In this document: piece by piece, positions 35,665 to 46,671 of the stretch
Layout of the letters: every line of letters starts with the position of its first letter
Numbering within the stretch: position 1 is the first letter of the stretch
Origin: Vicinamibacteria bacterium
GTDB taxonomy: Bacteria; Acidobacteriota; Vicinamibacteria; Marinacidobacterales; Marinacidobacteraceae
Direction of reading: 5' to 3'
DNA length: 64,000 nt
Assembly: GCA_963422395.1 (NCBI GenBank)
Contig: OY729431.1
Coordinates: 576,001 to 640,000, forward strand
Notes under the pieces: generated by a model
What the model was told of the DNA's origin: nothing
Database searches by the model: none
What the model saw: the letters and a program-made list of their open reading frames with translations, nothing else
Position numbers and translations under genes: made by a program

Positions 35665-38535
35665 TCAGGGTAGATACCTGGCGAGGTATTCCGCGGGGTG
35701 GAGCGCCTCCCGCCCCGCAGCGTCGAAGAGCTGATGCCGGCAAGAGGTTCCCGCCGCGATCACCGCATCTTCCGGCGGCAGCTGCCGCACTGCGGGAAGG
35801 AGCCGCCTCTCTCCCACCGCGAGGGACAGCTCGTAGTGATCGGCGGTATAGCCGAAACTCCCCGCCATGCCGCAGCATCCCGAATCGGCGACGGTGATCT
35901 CGGCGCCGCTGGTCCCGAGCAGCCCGGCGAGCGGCGCGGTCCCGCAAAACGCCTTCTGATGGCAGTGGCCGTGCGCGAGCGCGCGGGAGCCTTCGCCGCG
36001 GCCGCCGAGCAGCCGGGCGAGGGCCTCGCGCTCCCGGGCCAGGAACTCGTCGAACAGGAACGACTGCTCGGCGAGGAGACGAGCCGCCGGGCGGGCGGGC
36101 TCGGGAACGAGCTCGGGGATCTCGTCGCGAAAGCTGAAGAGGCAGGACGGCTCCAGGCCGACGACCGGAGTTCCGGACTCGGCGAAATGCGAGAGAGCCT
36201 CGACGCTTTTCCGGGCTAGACGCCGCGCGCGGCCGAGGAGGCCGCGCGAGATGGCCGGGCGGCCGCAGCACGCCTCCGGAGCGAGCACCACCCGGTAGCC
36301 GAGCCCCCAGAGCACTCGGCAGGCCGCGATCCCGATCTGCGGCTCGAAGTAGTTGGTGAAGGTGTCCGCGAAGAGCGCCACTTCGGCGCGGGGCGCTTCG
36401 GGCGCCGCTCCCGCCCCCTGTTCGCGGAACCAGCGGCGGAACGAACGGCGGGCCAGTGCGGGAAGGCTGCGCCGGCGGTCGAAACCGACCAGCCGCGAGA
36501 GCAGGGCTCCGGTCCAGCCCCGGCGGTCGAGGAAACCGGGAAGCGGCCCCATCCGGCTTCCCCAGCGGGCGAGAACCTCCGGCGCTCCGAAGACGAAGTC
36601 GGCGAGCGGCCGCCGCCGGTTGCGGTAGTAGCGGTGGAGGAAATCCGCCTTGAGTCGTGCCATGTCCACCCCGGAAGGGCATTCGGCCTTGCATGCCTTG
36701 CAGGAGAGGCAGAGATCGAGCGCTCCCTTCACCCGGTCTTCGGACTCCCGGCCGGGCGCGAGCCGCCCGTCGAGAAGGGCGCGCAGCAGATTGGCCCGCC
36801 CCCGCGTGGAGTGCTCCTCCTCGCGGGTCACCATGAACGAAGGGCACATCGTCCCGGCCAGTTCCTTGCGGCAGACCCCCGCCCCGTTGCACAGCTCGAC
36901 CGCGCCGGCGAAGCCGTTCTCGCGCGGATAGGGGAACACCACGGGCAGCTCGGCGGCGCGGTATCCCTCGCCGTAGCGGAGGTTCTCGGTCATCGCCGGA
37001 GCGTCCACCACCTTGCCGGGATTCATGATGCCGGCGGGGTCGAAGGCGGCCTTGAGCCGGCGGAACGCCTCGTACACGCGCGGTCCGAAGGCGCGCTCGT
37101 TGAAGTGGCTGCGGGCGAGGCCGTCGCCGTGCTCGCCGCTCATCGAGCCGCCGAAGTCGAGCACCAGGTCGCAGACCTCCCGCGCGAGCGCGTCCATCTT
37201 GCGGACCTCGGCGGGCTCCTTGAGGTCGATGAGCGGCCGGATGTGGAGGCAGCCGGCGCCCGCGTGAGCGTAGAAACTGCCTTCGGTGTTCCGGCCGGCG
37301 AGGATCTCCTCGAACCGCGCGATGAACTCGGGGAGACGCGCCGGCTCGACGGCGGTGTCCTCCACGAACGCGATGGGTTTCTTGCCCCCGGGGAGGCTCA
37401 GCAGCAGCGGGAGCGCCGCTTTGCGCACCTGCCAGACATTCTGCTGCTCCGCGGGGTCGAGCATCCGCAGCAGGGGCTGGCCGTGTCCGCCGAGGCGGCG
37501 TTCGAGGAGGTCGAGGCGGGAGGCTGCCTCGGCGCGGCTCTGCCCGGCGAACTCGACCAGCAGGAGCGCTCCGGGCTCGCCCTCCACGAAACCGAGCCGG
37601 CGCGAGTACTCGAGCGACTCGCGCGCGAGCGTCAGCACCATCCGGTCCACGAGCTCGACCGCCGTCGGCCCGAGATCGAGCGCCACCACCCCGGCTTCGA
37701 GCGCCGGCAGCAGCCCGTCGAAATGGAGGACGGCGAGGGCGGCCGCGGGAGGCTTGCGGACGAGCTTCACCCGGGCCTCGACGACGGTGGCGAGTGTTCC
37801 TTCGGAGCCCACCACCAAGTGGGCGAGGTTCACTCCCACCGGGTCGAGCAGCACATCGAGGTTGTAGCCGGAGACCCGCCGAGGAATTCGCGGGAAGCGC
37901 GCCGCGATCTCTTCGCTGTATTCGGCGCGCAGCGCCAGCACTTCGCGGAGGATGCGGGCGAGCGGCCCCGCCTCCCGAGCTCTCCGGCGGATGTCGTCCC
38001 AACGCATCCAGGAGAGCCGTTCGAGGCTTCCGTCGGGCAGAACGACGGTGGCGTCCATCACATTGTCCACCGTCTTCCCATAGACGAGCGAGCGAGCTCC
38101 CGCCGAGTTGTTGCCGATCATCCCGCCGAGGTTGGCGCGGTTCGAGGTGGAGGTCTCCGGCCCGAATCGCAGCCCGAGCGGGCCGAGCACCGCGCCGAAG
38201 GCGTCCTGCACGACGCCCGGCTGCACCCGCGCCCACATCTCCTCGCGGTTCACCTCGAGCACGCTCCGAAAATGGGCCGAGAGATCGAGGATCAGCGCTT
38301 CGCCCACTGCCTGTCCGGCGAGCGAGGTGCCCCCGCCCCGCGGCAGCACCGGCGCTCCGGCGGCGGCGCAGGCCCGCACCGCCTCCGCCACATCGGCGGA
38401 GTGGCGGGGAATCACCACCCCGGTGGGTTCGATCTGGTAGATGCTCGCGTCGTTCGAGTAGAGGATCCGGGTGGCGCGGTCGAAGCGGACATCCCCTTCG
38501 AGGCGCTCCCGAAGCTCGCGGGCCAGCTCTCCCAT
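35665..38535 (-). CDS. FAD-binding, Fe-S oxidoreductase (GlcD/GlcF fusion, YdiJ/D-lactate dehydrogenase-like)
   Basis: PRGGGTSLAGQ, GSEGTL, SGEHGDG, CLSCKACKAECP and CCG domains. Confidence 0.93.
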   Translation of the reverse strand: MGELARELRERLEGDVRFDRATRILYSNDASIYQIEPTGVVIPRHSADVAEAVRACAAAGAPVLPRGGGTSLAGQAVGEALILDLSAHFRSVLEVNREEMWARVQPGVVQDAFGAVLGPLGLRFGPETSTSNRANLGGMIGNNSAGARSLVYGKTVDNVMDATVVLPDGSLERLSWMRWDDIRRRAREAGPLARILREVLALRAEYSEEIAARFPRIPRRVSGYNLDVLLDPVGVNLAHLVVGSEGTLATVVEARVKLVRKPPAAALAVLHFDGLLPALEAGVVALDLGPTAVELVDRMVLTLARESLEYSRRLGFVEGEPGALLLVEFAGQSRAEAASRLDLLERRLGGHGQPLLRMLDPAEQQNVWQVRKAALPLLLSLPGGKKPIAFVEDTAVEPARLPEFIARFEEILAGRNTEGSFYAHAGAGCLHIRPLIDLKEPAEVRKMDALAREVCDLVLDFGGSMSGEHGDGLARSHFNERAFGPRVYEAFRRLKAAFDPAGIMNPGKVVDAPAMTENLRYGEGYRAAELPVVFPYPRENGFAGAVELCNGAGVCRKELAGTMCPSFMVTREEEHSTRGRANLLRALLDGRLAPGRESEDRVKGALDLCLSCKACKAECPSGVDMARLKADFLHRYYRNRRRPLADFVFGAPEVLARWGSRMGPLPGFLDRRGWTGALLSRLVGFDRRRSLPALARRSFRRWFREQGAGAAPEAPRAEVALFADTFTNYFEPQIGIAACRVLWGLGYRVVLAPEACCGRPAISRGLLGRARRLARKSVEALSHFAESGTPVVGLEPSCLFSFRDEIPELVPEPARPAARLLAEQSFLFDEFLAREREALARLLGGRGEGSRALAHGHCHQKAFCGTAPLAGLLGTSGAEITVADSGCCGMAGSFGYTADHYELSLAVGERRLLPAVRQLPPEDAVIAAGTSCRHQLFDAAGREALHPAEYLARYLP

Positions 38536-38628
38536 GCGGCGGTGAGAATACCCGCGCGCTTTTCCGGGGAGTCCGAGGCGGGAGCGGGTGGTTTCGATTC
38601 CGGCCTGGATCTAGCGGGAGGCTCGGTC

Positions 38629-40524
38629 ATGGCATTCCGGTCTTTCGAATCCTTCGAGGCGTTACGGAAACAGCTGGGTTCGGCCTCCTTCGAAGCGGCG
38701 CCGGAATACGAGATCCTCCGGGTCGCCGCGCGGGTCGAAGCCGACGACGGAGCGGCCGCAGCGAATACCTGCCGCGCCGTGATCCACGATTGGGCGAGGT
38801 CGCGCAGCGGCGGGGAGCTGCCGCCGGCAGCGGAGAATCACGGGAGCTTTTCCTTCTCCGACGGCCTTTGGCGCTGCGAGGGCATTCGGATCGAGAGCGC
38901 GGAGACCGACACCTGGGCGCTCCGCCTACGCCACTCCGACGGCGCCGACGCGGGCCGCGTCTGGATCACCGAAGTCGATGTCGAAGCCCCGGCGGGGAGG
39001 CACCCGGAGTTCCGGCTCCGCGTCCTGCTGGATCGAGATCCGTCCTCGCCCGACTTCGAACCGCGCGTGCCGGAAATCCTGGGAAAGATCGCTTCGCGGT
39101 TGGAACTGCGGCAGTTCGGCGAGCCGATCTGTGCCGATCCCTGGTTCGTCGACTCCCCTGCGGAGGCCGAGCGGCTCTGTCAGATCCTCCTGGCACCGGA
39201 TCGCCGGCGCCCGGTCATCGTCCTCTCGGTACCGGAAGGCGCTCCGGAGCCCTGTCGGCCGCTGCTCGATCCGGTGCTGCTGACTCGTGCCGCGCTGGGG
39301 CTGGCGTCGGTGGTGGTGCTTCCCGCCGCCTTCACCTGGAATCTGACCCGGAATTTCGACAAGCGCCTCGCCGTCTATAACGGTGCGGTCCGCCTCTATC
39401 TGCCCGGTTTCAGCCGAGGCGCCGACGAGCGGAAGCACTGCCTCATCCTGGGGGGCCGACTCGAGTCCTGGGAGGGGGCGATGCGCTGCCGGGCGGAGAT
39501 CCTGCGCCGGGTCGCCGAGCAGAGTCTGCACTCGCAGCCTGCCTGGTCCTTCGAGGAGGTTCGCGAGCTGGCGCGCCAGACGGCCCCCCGCGAGGAGCCC
39601 GCCCCCCCGGCGGCACCCTCCCCGGTGGAACCGCTGGAAGACGATCCGGCATCCCCCGAGGCCGCGGAGCTCGTTCCCGCTTCCGGCCCGCCGGCGGCCC
39701 CGAAGCAGACCGCGGTGGAAGAAGCAGCGGCGCCCGAGCCGCCGTCCCAACGCCCTTCCGGCGCCTTGCGGCGGCTTTGGAAACGGGCCCGCCGGCTGGC
39801 GCGCCTCTTGTCGCGAACCCCCGCCCGCCTGGCCGGAGAGGATTCGGAGCGGGCGAAGAGGGAACGGGAAAACGCCGCCCTTCGTGGGAGGATCGACGAG
39901 CTGGTGCACGCCGTCGAGCGGGCCGAACGGACGCGCCGGGAGTCCGAAGCGGAATCCAGCAAGGAAAAAGAGTTCTACCTTTCCGAATACGAACAGGCCT
40001 TCCGCCGGGCGGAAGCAGCCGAGCGCCAGCGGAGCGCCGTGGAAGAACAGCTCGGCAAACGGGTCCGGCAGCTCACCGACCAGCTGCAGCGGCACGGCCG
40101 CATCCCGCATCCGGAGACCTGGAAGGACATGCGCCAGTGGTGTGAAGAGGCGCTGGGTGGCAGCGTTGCGCTCCAGCCCGGCGCGGTGCAGGGAATCAAG
40201 AAGGCGGAGTTCGACGACCTCTGGCTTGCCGCCGAATGCCTCCTTTGGCTCGCCGGCCCGTATCGCGAATCCCGGATAGCGTCGACAGGCCGCAAGCCGG
40301 ACATCGAGAAGGAGGTGGACTCCCGCCTGAGCGACGGGCCCGCCGGGAAAAGCGTCCAGTTCAAGGACTGGAGCCATGTGCCGCGCCACGAGCGCCGCAA
40401 CATCAGCCGGGGCAACAACCGCGAACGGAAGAACTGTCTGCGGATCTACTACTACTGGGACGAGACTGCCGGGAAGGTGGTGATCGTTTCCATGCCCCAC
40501 CACGCCCATACCCGGGCGTCGTGA
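38629..40524 (+). CDS. Hypothetical protein with coiled coil and C-terminal RelE-like motif
   Basis: GGGAGG RBS; C-terminal CLRIYYYWDE..KVVIVSMPHH. Confidence 0.75.
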   Translation: MAFRSFESFEALRKQLGSASFEAAPEYEILRVAARVEADDGAAAANTCRAVIHDWARSRSGGELPPAAENHGSFSFSDGLWRCEGIRIESAETDTWALRLRHSDGADAGRVWITEVDVEAPAGRHPEFRLRVLLDRDPSSPDFEPRVPEILGKIASRLELRQFGEPICADPWFVDSPAEAERLCQILLAPDRRRPVIVLSVPEGAPEPCRPLLDPVLLTRAALGLASVVVLPAAFTWNLTRNFDKRLAVYNGAVRLYLPGFSRGADERKHCLILGGRLESWEGAMRCRAEILRRVAEQSLHSQPAWSFEEVRELARQTAPREEPAPPAAPSPVEPLEDDPASPEAAELVPASGPPAAPKQTAVEEAAAPEPPSQRPSGALRRLWKRARRLARLLSRTPARLAGEDSERAKRERENAALRGRIDELVHAVERAERTRRESEAESSKEKEFYLSEYEQAFRRAEAAERQRSAVEEQLGKRVRQLTDQLQRHGRIPHPETWKDMRQWCEEALGGSVALQPGAVQGIKKAEFDDLWLAAECLLWLAGPYRESRIASTGRKPDIEKEVDSRLSDGPAGKSVQFKDWSHVPRHERRNISRGNNRERKNCLRIYYYWDETAGKVVIVSMPHHAHTRAS

Positions 40525-40614
40525 CGACATCGCCCTTTGGCGCGCCCTCCGGGAGAGGCCGGCCAACGCCGGCGATTCGGCCTGCGGAAGGAGAGCTGCC
40601 GGGGGCGCCGCTGT

Positions 40615-41055
40615 TCAGGAGGAGGTGGGCGAGCGGCGGGCCAGCAGGCCGAAGACCGCCGCGACCACGACCAGGAACAGCGGGATGGTGGCGGCGCCGA
40701 GTCCGAAGCTGGTGTCGAGCAGGGGAACGCGCAGCAGGATGACCAGCGCGTTCGCCAGCGTACCGGCCAGCAGCCAGGGGAAGAGCCGGGCTTTGCGCCG
40801 GTAGGGTCCCCAGGCGATTCCGAGCAGCAGGACGCCGTAGGACAGCCCGAAGGCCGCCGCGGTGCCCCGCCGCGCCGAGAGCGCCTTCGCCACCTCTCCA
40901 TCGCCGTTCGCCACCTCCTCGGGGGTGTATCGGCCGGCGATGAGGTCCGCGCTCGGATCCAGGTAGGCGGCGCTCACCGAGCTCAGCGAAAGCGCGACGG
41001 TCGCCGCGCCCAGGAGGGCGAAGAGGACCCAGCTGATGGTGTGGGCGTATTTCAT
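40615..41055 (-). CDS. Small membrane protein
   Basis: 4 hydrophobic segments; ATGA-coupled to the amidohydrolase. Confidence 0.75.
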   Translation of the reverse strand: MKYAHTISWVLFALLGAATVALSLSSVSAAYLDPSADLIAGRYTPEEVANGDGEVAKALSARRGTAAAFGLSYGVLLLGIAWGPYRRKARLFPWLLAGTLANALVILLRVPLLDTSFGLGAATIPLFLVVVAAVFGLLARRSPTSS

Positions 41056-42365
41056 GGTTGCTCCGTCTCCTCGGAAGAGGCGCCGATCCAGCCGGTGCTC
41101 AGATTCGCTCGGTCCACGGGTGTACCGCGCAGATACACCGCTTCGATGCGGCGGGTGTTCGTGATGTCTTCCAGCGGGTTCGCTTCGAGGACCACGAAGT
41201 CGGCGCTCTTGCCGGGCTCGACCGTGCCGGTATCGTCCATCCGCAGGAATTCGGCGGCGCTCCCGGTCGCCGCCGCCAGCACCTGGTGCGGAGTCATGCC
41301 CGCCGCCACCATGTCCGCCATCTCGATGTGCGGCCGCCAACCGGCGTTCCCGTCGGTGCCCATCGCGATCTTCATGCCCGCTTCGTGCAGCCGGACCAGG
41401 TTACGCGCCTGGATGCCGAAGGATTCGTGGGCCTCGGGACGATCCCGGTAGCCAGCCTGCAGCTCCTCGAGTTCGCCCGCCGGGACGGTGCCGGCGAGCC
41501 AGGCGAGGTCCTCGTGGACGCCGCGGCTTCCGAGGTTGGGCACCAGGACCACTTCCGGCCGTTCCCGGATCAGCTCCAGGAACTCGTCGTCCACATCCTG
41601 GTCCCGCACGCTGTGGGCGAAGGCGTCCACCCCGGCGCGCAGCAGCCCCTTCGCGTCTTCGAGCGAGAAGATGTGGGCGGTGACCCGCAGTCCGTGCCCG
41701 TGGGCCTCGTCGATGACCGCGCCGTAGAGCTCGGGGGTCAGCTTTTCGTAGCGGCCGCCCCGGTCGTCCACCCAGATCTTGACGAAGTCCACCCCTTGCT
41801 CGGCGAGCTCCCGGACTGCTGCCCGGGCTTCTTCCTCGGTGTCCACCCAGTAGGGGATCTCGGAGCGCCCCGGCTCGGGCCTGGTGATGCCGCGGCCGGC
41901 GGTCAGCGCCCGCGCTGCGCCCGCAACCGGGGCCTCCCGGACTGCAGCTGCGGCCTCGCCGTCGTCGTGGCCGAGGCTCACTGCGACTCCGACGCCGTAG
42001 TAGGCGCGGCGGCGCAGGTCCTCCAGGAGCTCCTCCTGCGGGACCGCGAGGTGGACATGGGTGTCGATCAGCGCCGGGATGACGGTGCGGCCGGTCAGAT
42101 CCACCCGCTCGGCGCCTTCCGGCGGCTCGACCTCGCCGGCGGCGCCCACCAGGACGAAGCGGTCCTCCTCCACGACGAAGACGGCGTTTTCGATCGGACC
42201 GCTCCCGTCGCCGACGAGGAGCCGCGCCCCTTCGAAGACGACGGCATCGGTCGGAGGAGGCGCCTCCGGCGCCGCGCAGGCGGCGAGGAAGAGGAGTGCC
42301 GCGGCGCCGGAAGCGGCGGCGGCGAAGAGGGTGGTCCCCCGGTTCTTTCCGTGGTTTCGGCTCAT
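41052..42365 (-). CDS. Amidohydrolase family lipoprotein
   Basis: Lipobox FLAAC; PALIDTHVH, VKIW, AH, H and MGTD; GKSADFVVL. Confidence 0.9.
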   Translation of the reverse strand: MSRNHGKNRGTTLFAAAASGAAALLFLAACAAPEAPPPTDAVVFEGARLLVGDGSGPIENAVFVVEEDRFVLVGAAGEVEPPEGAERVDLTGRTVIPALIDTHVHLAVPQEELLEDLRRRAYYGVGVAVSLGHDDGEAAAAVREAPVAGAARALTAGRGITRPEPGRSEIPYWVDTEEEARAAVRELAEQGVDFVKIWVDDRGGRYEKLTPELYGAVIDEAHGHGLRVTAHIFSLEDAKGLLRAGVDAFAHSVRDQDVDDEFLELIRERPEVVLVPNLGSRGVHEDLAWLAGTVPAGELEELQAGYRDRPEAHESFGIQARNLVRLHEAGMKIAMGTDGNAGWRPHIEMADMVAAGMTPHQVLAAATGSAAEFLRMDDTGTVEPGKSADFVVLEANPLEDITNTRRIEAVYLRGTPVDRANLSTGWIGASSEETEQP

Positions 42366-42381
42366 GCTGACTGTCCTCCCC

Positions 42382-44466
42382 CTATCGGGGCTCGCCGAGG
42401 TCGAGGGGCTCGGCATCCACCAGCCGGACCGCCCAGAGCCCCGAGTTGTGATCGGCGAGGAAGATGTTGCCCTTGTGGGGCTGGGGGCCCCAGACCATCG
42501 GTGCGTTCGGAAGGAAGCTCTCTGGATCCTGCGGCCGGAAAACGGCGATTTCACGGCCCTGTCGGTAGAGGTCGCCGCGCAGCTCTCCCGAGATGTCCAC
42601 CACCCGCAGCCCGCCGTTGTAGTACGCGATGTAGAGGATGTCGTCCTCTACCCACAGGTTGTGCGTCCCCGCCTCCGGAACCTGATACCGCGCCACCTCG
42701 CGCGCATCCTCCCAGTCCTCCCACTCGAAGATGTGGATCCAGCCGGCGGCGCGGTCGGGGCTCCCCGGCCCTTCCATCGTCTGGTAGGGGAAGGCCTCGT
42801 CGCCGCCGATCATCAGGAACTTCCCGGTGGACTGGCTTCGATACGGGTACGCCGCGTGGTTCCAGCCGCTCGGATACGGCGTGCTCCCCAAAAGCACCGG
42901 GTTGTTCGGCGCTCCTCCCCGGCCGCCGCCCCCCACATCCACCGCGACCACCCCGTCGCTCCAGTTCGACGAATACGCGATCCCGTCCTCGACCCACACA
43001 TCGTGGATCGAGTGCCCCGGAGTGTCCAGCTCGAAACGCCCCACCCGGTACGGGTTCGCCGGGTCCTCCGCGTTCAGGATGTCGTAGCGCCGTCCCGCCG
43101 ACAGCGCGTAGATGTGGTTCTCGGCGAGGAACACGTTGTGGACCCCGCCGCTGAGCTGGTCGTCGTAGCGCGCCATCACCGTGATCCCGTTCTGCGGGTC
43201 GCTCACATCCAGGATCACCAGGCCGTTCTTCCGGTTCGAAGCCCCCTCCCGGCTGATGACCGCGAATTTCCCGTCCGCCGAAACCTTCACATCGTTCACC
43301 GTCCGCGCATCCACCCGCACCGTGTCGATGAGCGCCATCGCCGAGGGATCCGTCACATCGTAGAAATAGGCGTGGCCGTCGGCGCCCCAGGTGCCGATGA
43401 CGGCGTAGTCGCGCCCGTCGATCCCCTCCCAGACCCACAGGTCCGAGGTGTGGCGGTCGCGGACCGGTGCCTGGCCGAGCACCTCCACATCCTTCCGCAC
43501 CTCGCGCGCCGTCACCGCGACGGTTGCCGAAGCCGACTTCGTGAAGCCGTCGGCGATCACGGTGTAGGTTCCCGAGCGCTCGGCCACGAACGCCCCGTCC
43601 GCACCGATCTGCGAAGTCGCCCCCGGCGCCACGATCCCCTCGGCCGGCGTCCCGAAGGCCGCGAACTGGATCGGATACTCCGGCACCGCCTCCCCCGCAC
43701 CGTCCACCGCCGACGCCTCGAAGAACACCACCTCACCGGTCCGAACCGGACCGGTGAGCCCCCCGCTCAGGGTGATCGAAGCCACCGGGTTCGCCAGCAC
43801 CTCGATCTCCACCTCACCGGCCGCCTCCGCCGCCGAAACCGTCAGCGCCGTCCGCCCCACGCCGGCCAGCGTCAAGACCCCGAGCGCATCCACCCCCGCG
43901 ACCGATGCGTCGGCGCTCCGCCAACCCACTTCCACATCGCTCCGCTTCGCCCCCGAAGTGTCCGTGACCGCAGCCCGCAGCCCGATCTCGGTCCCCTGGT
44001 AGAGCCGGCCCGGCAGGTCCACCACCTCGACCGACGCCACCGGCGGCTTCGGAATCGTCACCGGCACCTCCACCATGACCGCCGGCTCTGCCCGCCGGTC
44101 GTTGTCCTCCGGATCCTTCGGCACCATCGCGACCACGGTGTGCTCTCCCGGTCGATACGCCTCGACCACTCCCGCCGGGTTCACCCCCACCGAGCGCCGC
44201 CGCCGCGAATAGAAGACCACCGTCCGGTCCAGCGCTTCCCCCCGAGCGTCCAGAACCTCCGCCGAAAGAACGAGCGTGTCCCCCACTTCCAGCTCCACCT
44301 CGGACGGAGTGACGATCAACTCCGCCGGCTCGGGCCCCGCCTCCGCCTCGGTGGCTCCCTCCTCCGGCGCCGCCTCCTGGACCGCCGAGGCGAACCCGAA
44401 ACCGGGAAACAGCGCGAACAGCAGCAAGGCAGGGGCTGCCGGACGGAAGCGGTGGGTGCGTCTCAT
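42382..44466 (-). CDS. Secreted Ig-like (Big_2) plus LVIVD-repeat beta-propeller protein, copy 1
   Basis: Signal peptide; W.S....VA.VD..G Ig motif; GLVILDVSDP, GVVAVDV and GGLRVVDIS LVIVD repeats. Confidence 0.88.
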   Translation of the reverse strand: MRRTHRFRPAAPALLLFALFPGFGFASAVQEAAPEEGATEAEAGPEPAELIVTPSEVELEVGDTLVLSAEVLDARGEALDRTVVFYSRRRRSVGVNPAGVVEAYRPGEHTVVAMVPKDPEDNDRRAEPAVMVEVPVTIPKPPVASVEVVDLPGRLYQGTEIGLRAAVTDTSGAKRSDVEVGWRSADASVAGVDALGVLTLAGVGRTALTVSAAEAAGEVEIEVLANPVASITLSGGLTGPVRTGEVVFFEASAVDGAGEAVPEYPIQFAAFGTPAEGIVAPGATSQIGADGAFVAERSGTYTVIADGFTKSASATVAVTAREVRKDVEVLGQAPVRDRHTSDLWVWEGIDGRDYAVIGTWGADGHAYFYDVTDPSAMALIDTVRVDARTVNDVKVSADGKFAVISREGASNRKNGLVILDVSDPQNGITVMARYDDQLSGGVHNVFLAENHIYALSAGRRYDILNAEDPANPYRVGRFELDTPGHSIHDVWVEDGIAYSSNWSDGVVAVDVGGGGRGGAPNNPVLLGSTPYPSGWNHAAYPYRSQSTGKFLMIGGDEAFPYQTMEGPGSPDRAAGWIHIFEWEDWEDAREVARYQVPEAGTHNLWVEDDILYIAYYNGGLRVVDISGELRGDLYRQGREIAVFRPQDPESFLPNAPMVWGPQPHKGNIFLADHNSGLWAVRLVDAEPLDLGEPR

Positions 44467-44533
44467 GGTGCGAGGTCCTCGGGCCCGGCCCGGCACGAAT
44501 ACCGGGCCGAGAGTATGGGTGGGGTCTTCGGGG

Positions 44534-46635
44534 TTACCGGGGCTCGCCGAGGTCGAGGGGCTCGGCGTCCACCAGCCGGACCGCCCAGAGCCCCGAGTTG
44601 AGGTCGGAGAGGAAGATGTTGCCCTTGTGGGGCTGCGGGCCCCAGACCATCGGTGCGTTCGGGATCCGGCTGTCGGGATGGCGGGGGAGGAAGGACGCGA
44701 TTTCACGGCCCTGTCGGTAGAGGTCGCCGCGCAGCTCTCCCGAGATGTCCACCACCCGCAGCCCGCCGTTGTAGTACGCGATATAGAGGATGTCGTCCTC
44801 CACCCACAGGTTGTGCGTCCCCGCCTCCGGAACCTGATACCGCGCCACCTCGCGCGCATCCTCCCAGTCCTCCCACTCGAAGATGTGGATCCAGCCGGCG
44901 GCGCGGCCCGGAGTGCGTTCCGCTTCCATGGTCTGGTAGGGGAAGGCCTCGTCACCGCCGATCATCAGGACTTCCCGGTGGACTGGCTCCGATACGGGTA
45001 CGCCGCGTGGTTCCAGCCGCTCGGATACGGCGTGCTCCCCAAAAGCACCGGGTTGTTCGGCGCTCCTCCCCGGCCGCCGCCCCCCACATCCACCGCGACC
45101 ACCCCGTCGCTCCAGTTCGACGAATACGCGATCCCGTCCTCGACCCACACATCGTGGATCGAGTGCCCCGGAGTGTCCAGCTCGAAACGGCCCACCCGGT
45201 ACGGGTTCGCCGGATCCTCCGCGTTCAGGATGTCGTAGCGCCGTCCCGCCGACAGCGCGTAGATGTGGTTCTCGGCGAGGAACACGTTGTGGACCCCGCC
45301 GCTGAGCTGGTCGTCGTAGCGCGCCATCACCGTGATCCCGTTCTGCGGGTCGCTCACATCCAGGATCACCAGGCCGTTCTTCCGGTTCGAAGCCCCCTCC
45401 CGGCTGATGACCGCGAACTTCCCGTCCGCCGAAACCTTCACATCGTTCACCGTCCGCGCATCCACCCGAACCGTGTCGATGAGGTGGATGCTGGCCGGAT
45501 CGGTCACATCCCAGAAGTAGGCGTGGCCGTCGGCGCTGTGGGTGCCGGTTACGGCGTAGTCGCGCCCGTCGATCCCCTCCCAGACCCACAGGTCCGAGGT
45601 GCGCCGGTCGAGAACCGCGCCGTGCCCGACGACTTCGACATCCTTCCGCACATTCCTCGCCGTCACCGCGACGGTCGCCGAAGCCGACTTCGTGAAGCCG
45701 TCGGCGATCACGGTGTAGGTTCCCGAGCGCTCGGCCACGAACGCCCCGTCCGCACCGATCTGCGAAGTCGCCCCCGGCGCCACGATCCCCTCGGCCGGCG
45801 TCCCGAAGGCCGCGAACTGGATCGGATACTCCGGCACCGCCTCCCCCGCACCGTCCACCGCCGACGCCTCGAAGAACACCACCTCACCGGTCCGAACCGG
45901 ACCGGTGAGCCCCCCGCTCAGGGTGATCGAAGCCACCGGGTTCGCCAGCACCTCGATCTCCACCTCACCGGCCGCCTCCGCCGCCGAAACCGTCAGCGCC
46001 GTCCGCCCCACGCCGGCCAGCGTCAAGACCCCGAGCGCATCCACCCCCGCGACCGATGCGTCGGCGCTCCGCCAACCCACTTCCACATCGCTCCGCTTCG
46101 CCCCCGAAGTGTCCGTGACCGCAGCCCGCAGCCCGATCTCGGTCCCCTGGTAGAGCCGGCCCGGCAGGTCCACCACCTCGACCGATGCCACCGGCGGCTT
46201 CGGAATCGTCACCGGCACCTCCACCATGACCGCCGGCTCCGCCCGCCGGTCGGTGTCCTCCGGATCCTTCGGCACCATCGCGACCACGGTGTGCTCTCCC
46301 GGTCGATACGCCTCGACCACTCCCGCCGGGTTCACCCCCACCGAGCGCCGCCGCCGCGAATAGAAGACCACCGTCCGGTCCAGCGCCTCCCCCCGAGCGT
46401 CCAGAACCTCCGCCGAAAGAACGAGCGTGTCCCCCACTTCCAGCTCCACCTCGGACGGAGTGACGATCAACTCCGCCGGCAACTCCGCCTCCGCCGTCTC
46501 GGCGGCATCCTCCTCCTGGGCCGCCAGGGCGAACCCGAAACCGGGAAACAGCGCGAACAGCGCTGCAATCGATGCCAAGCGGCCGAGCGCGGTCCGATGC
46601 CGCGCCCGCCGATCGTTCTGCTTCTTCAGGATCAT
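44534..46635 (-). pseudogene. Ig-LVIVD protein copy 2, split by a 1-bp deletion near 44970
   Basis: Near-identical to copy 1; reads CATCAGGACTTCCC where copy 1 has CATCAGGAACTTCCC. Confidence 0.85.
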
Positions 46636-46671
46636 CCGGTTCCTCCCGATGTCAGGAAGCGGGCGCCTCAG

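Noticed and set aside
36634-38628. N-terminal 665 aa of the 1296-aa + strand ORF
   Set aside because: Antisense shadow of the FAD/Fe-S oxidoreductase; the real gene starts at 38629 after an RBS
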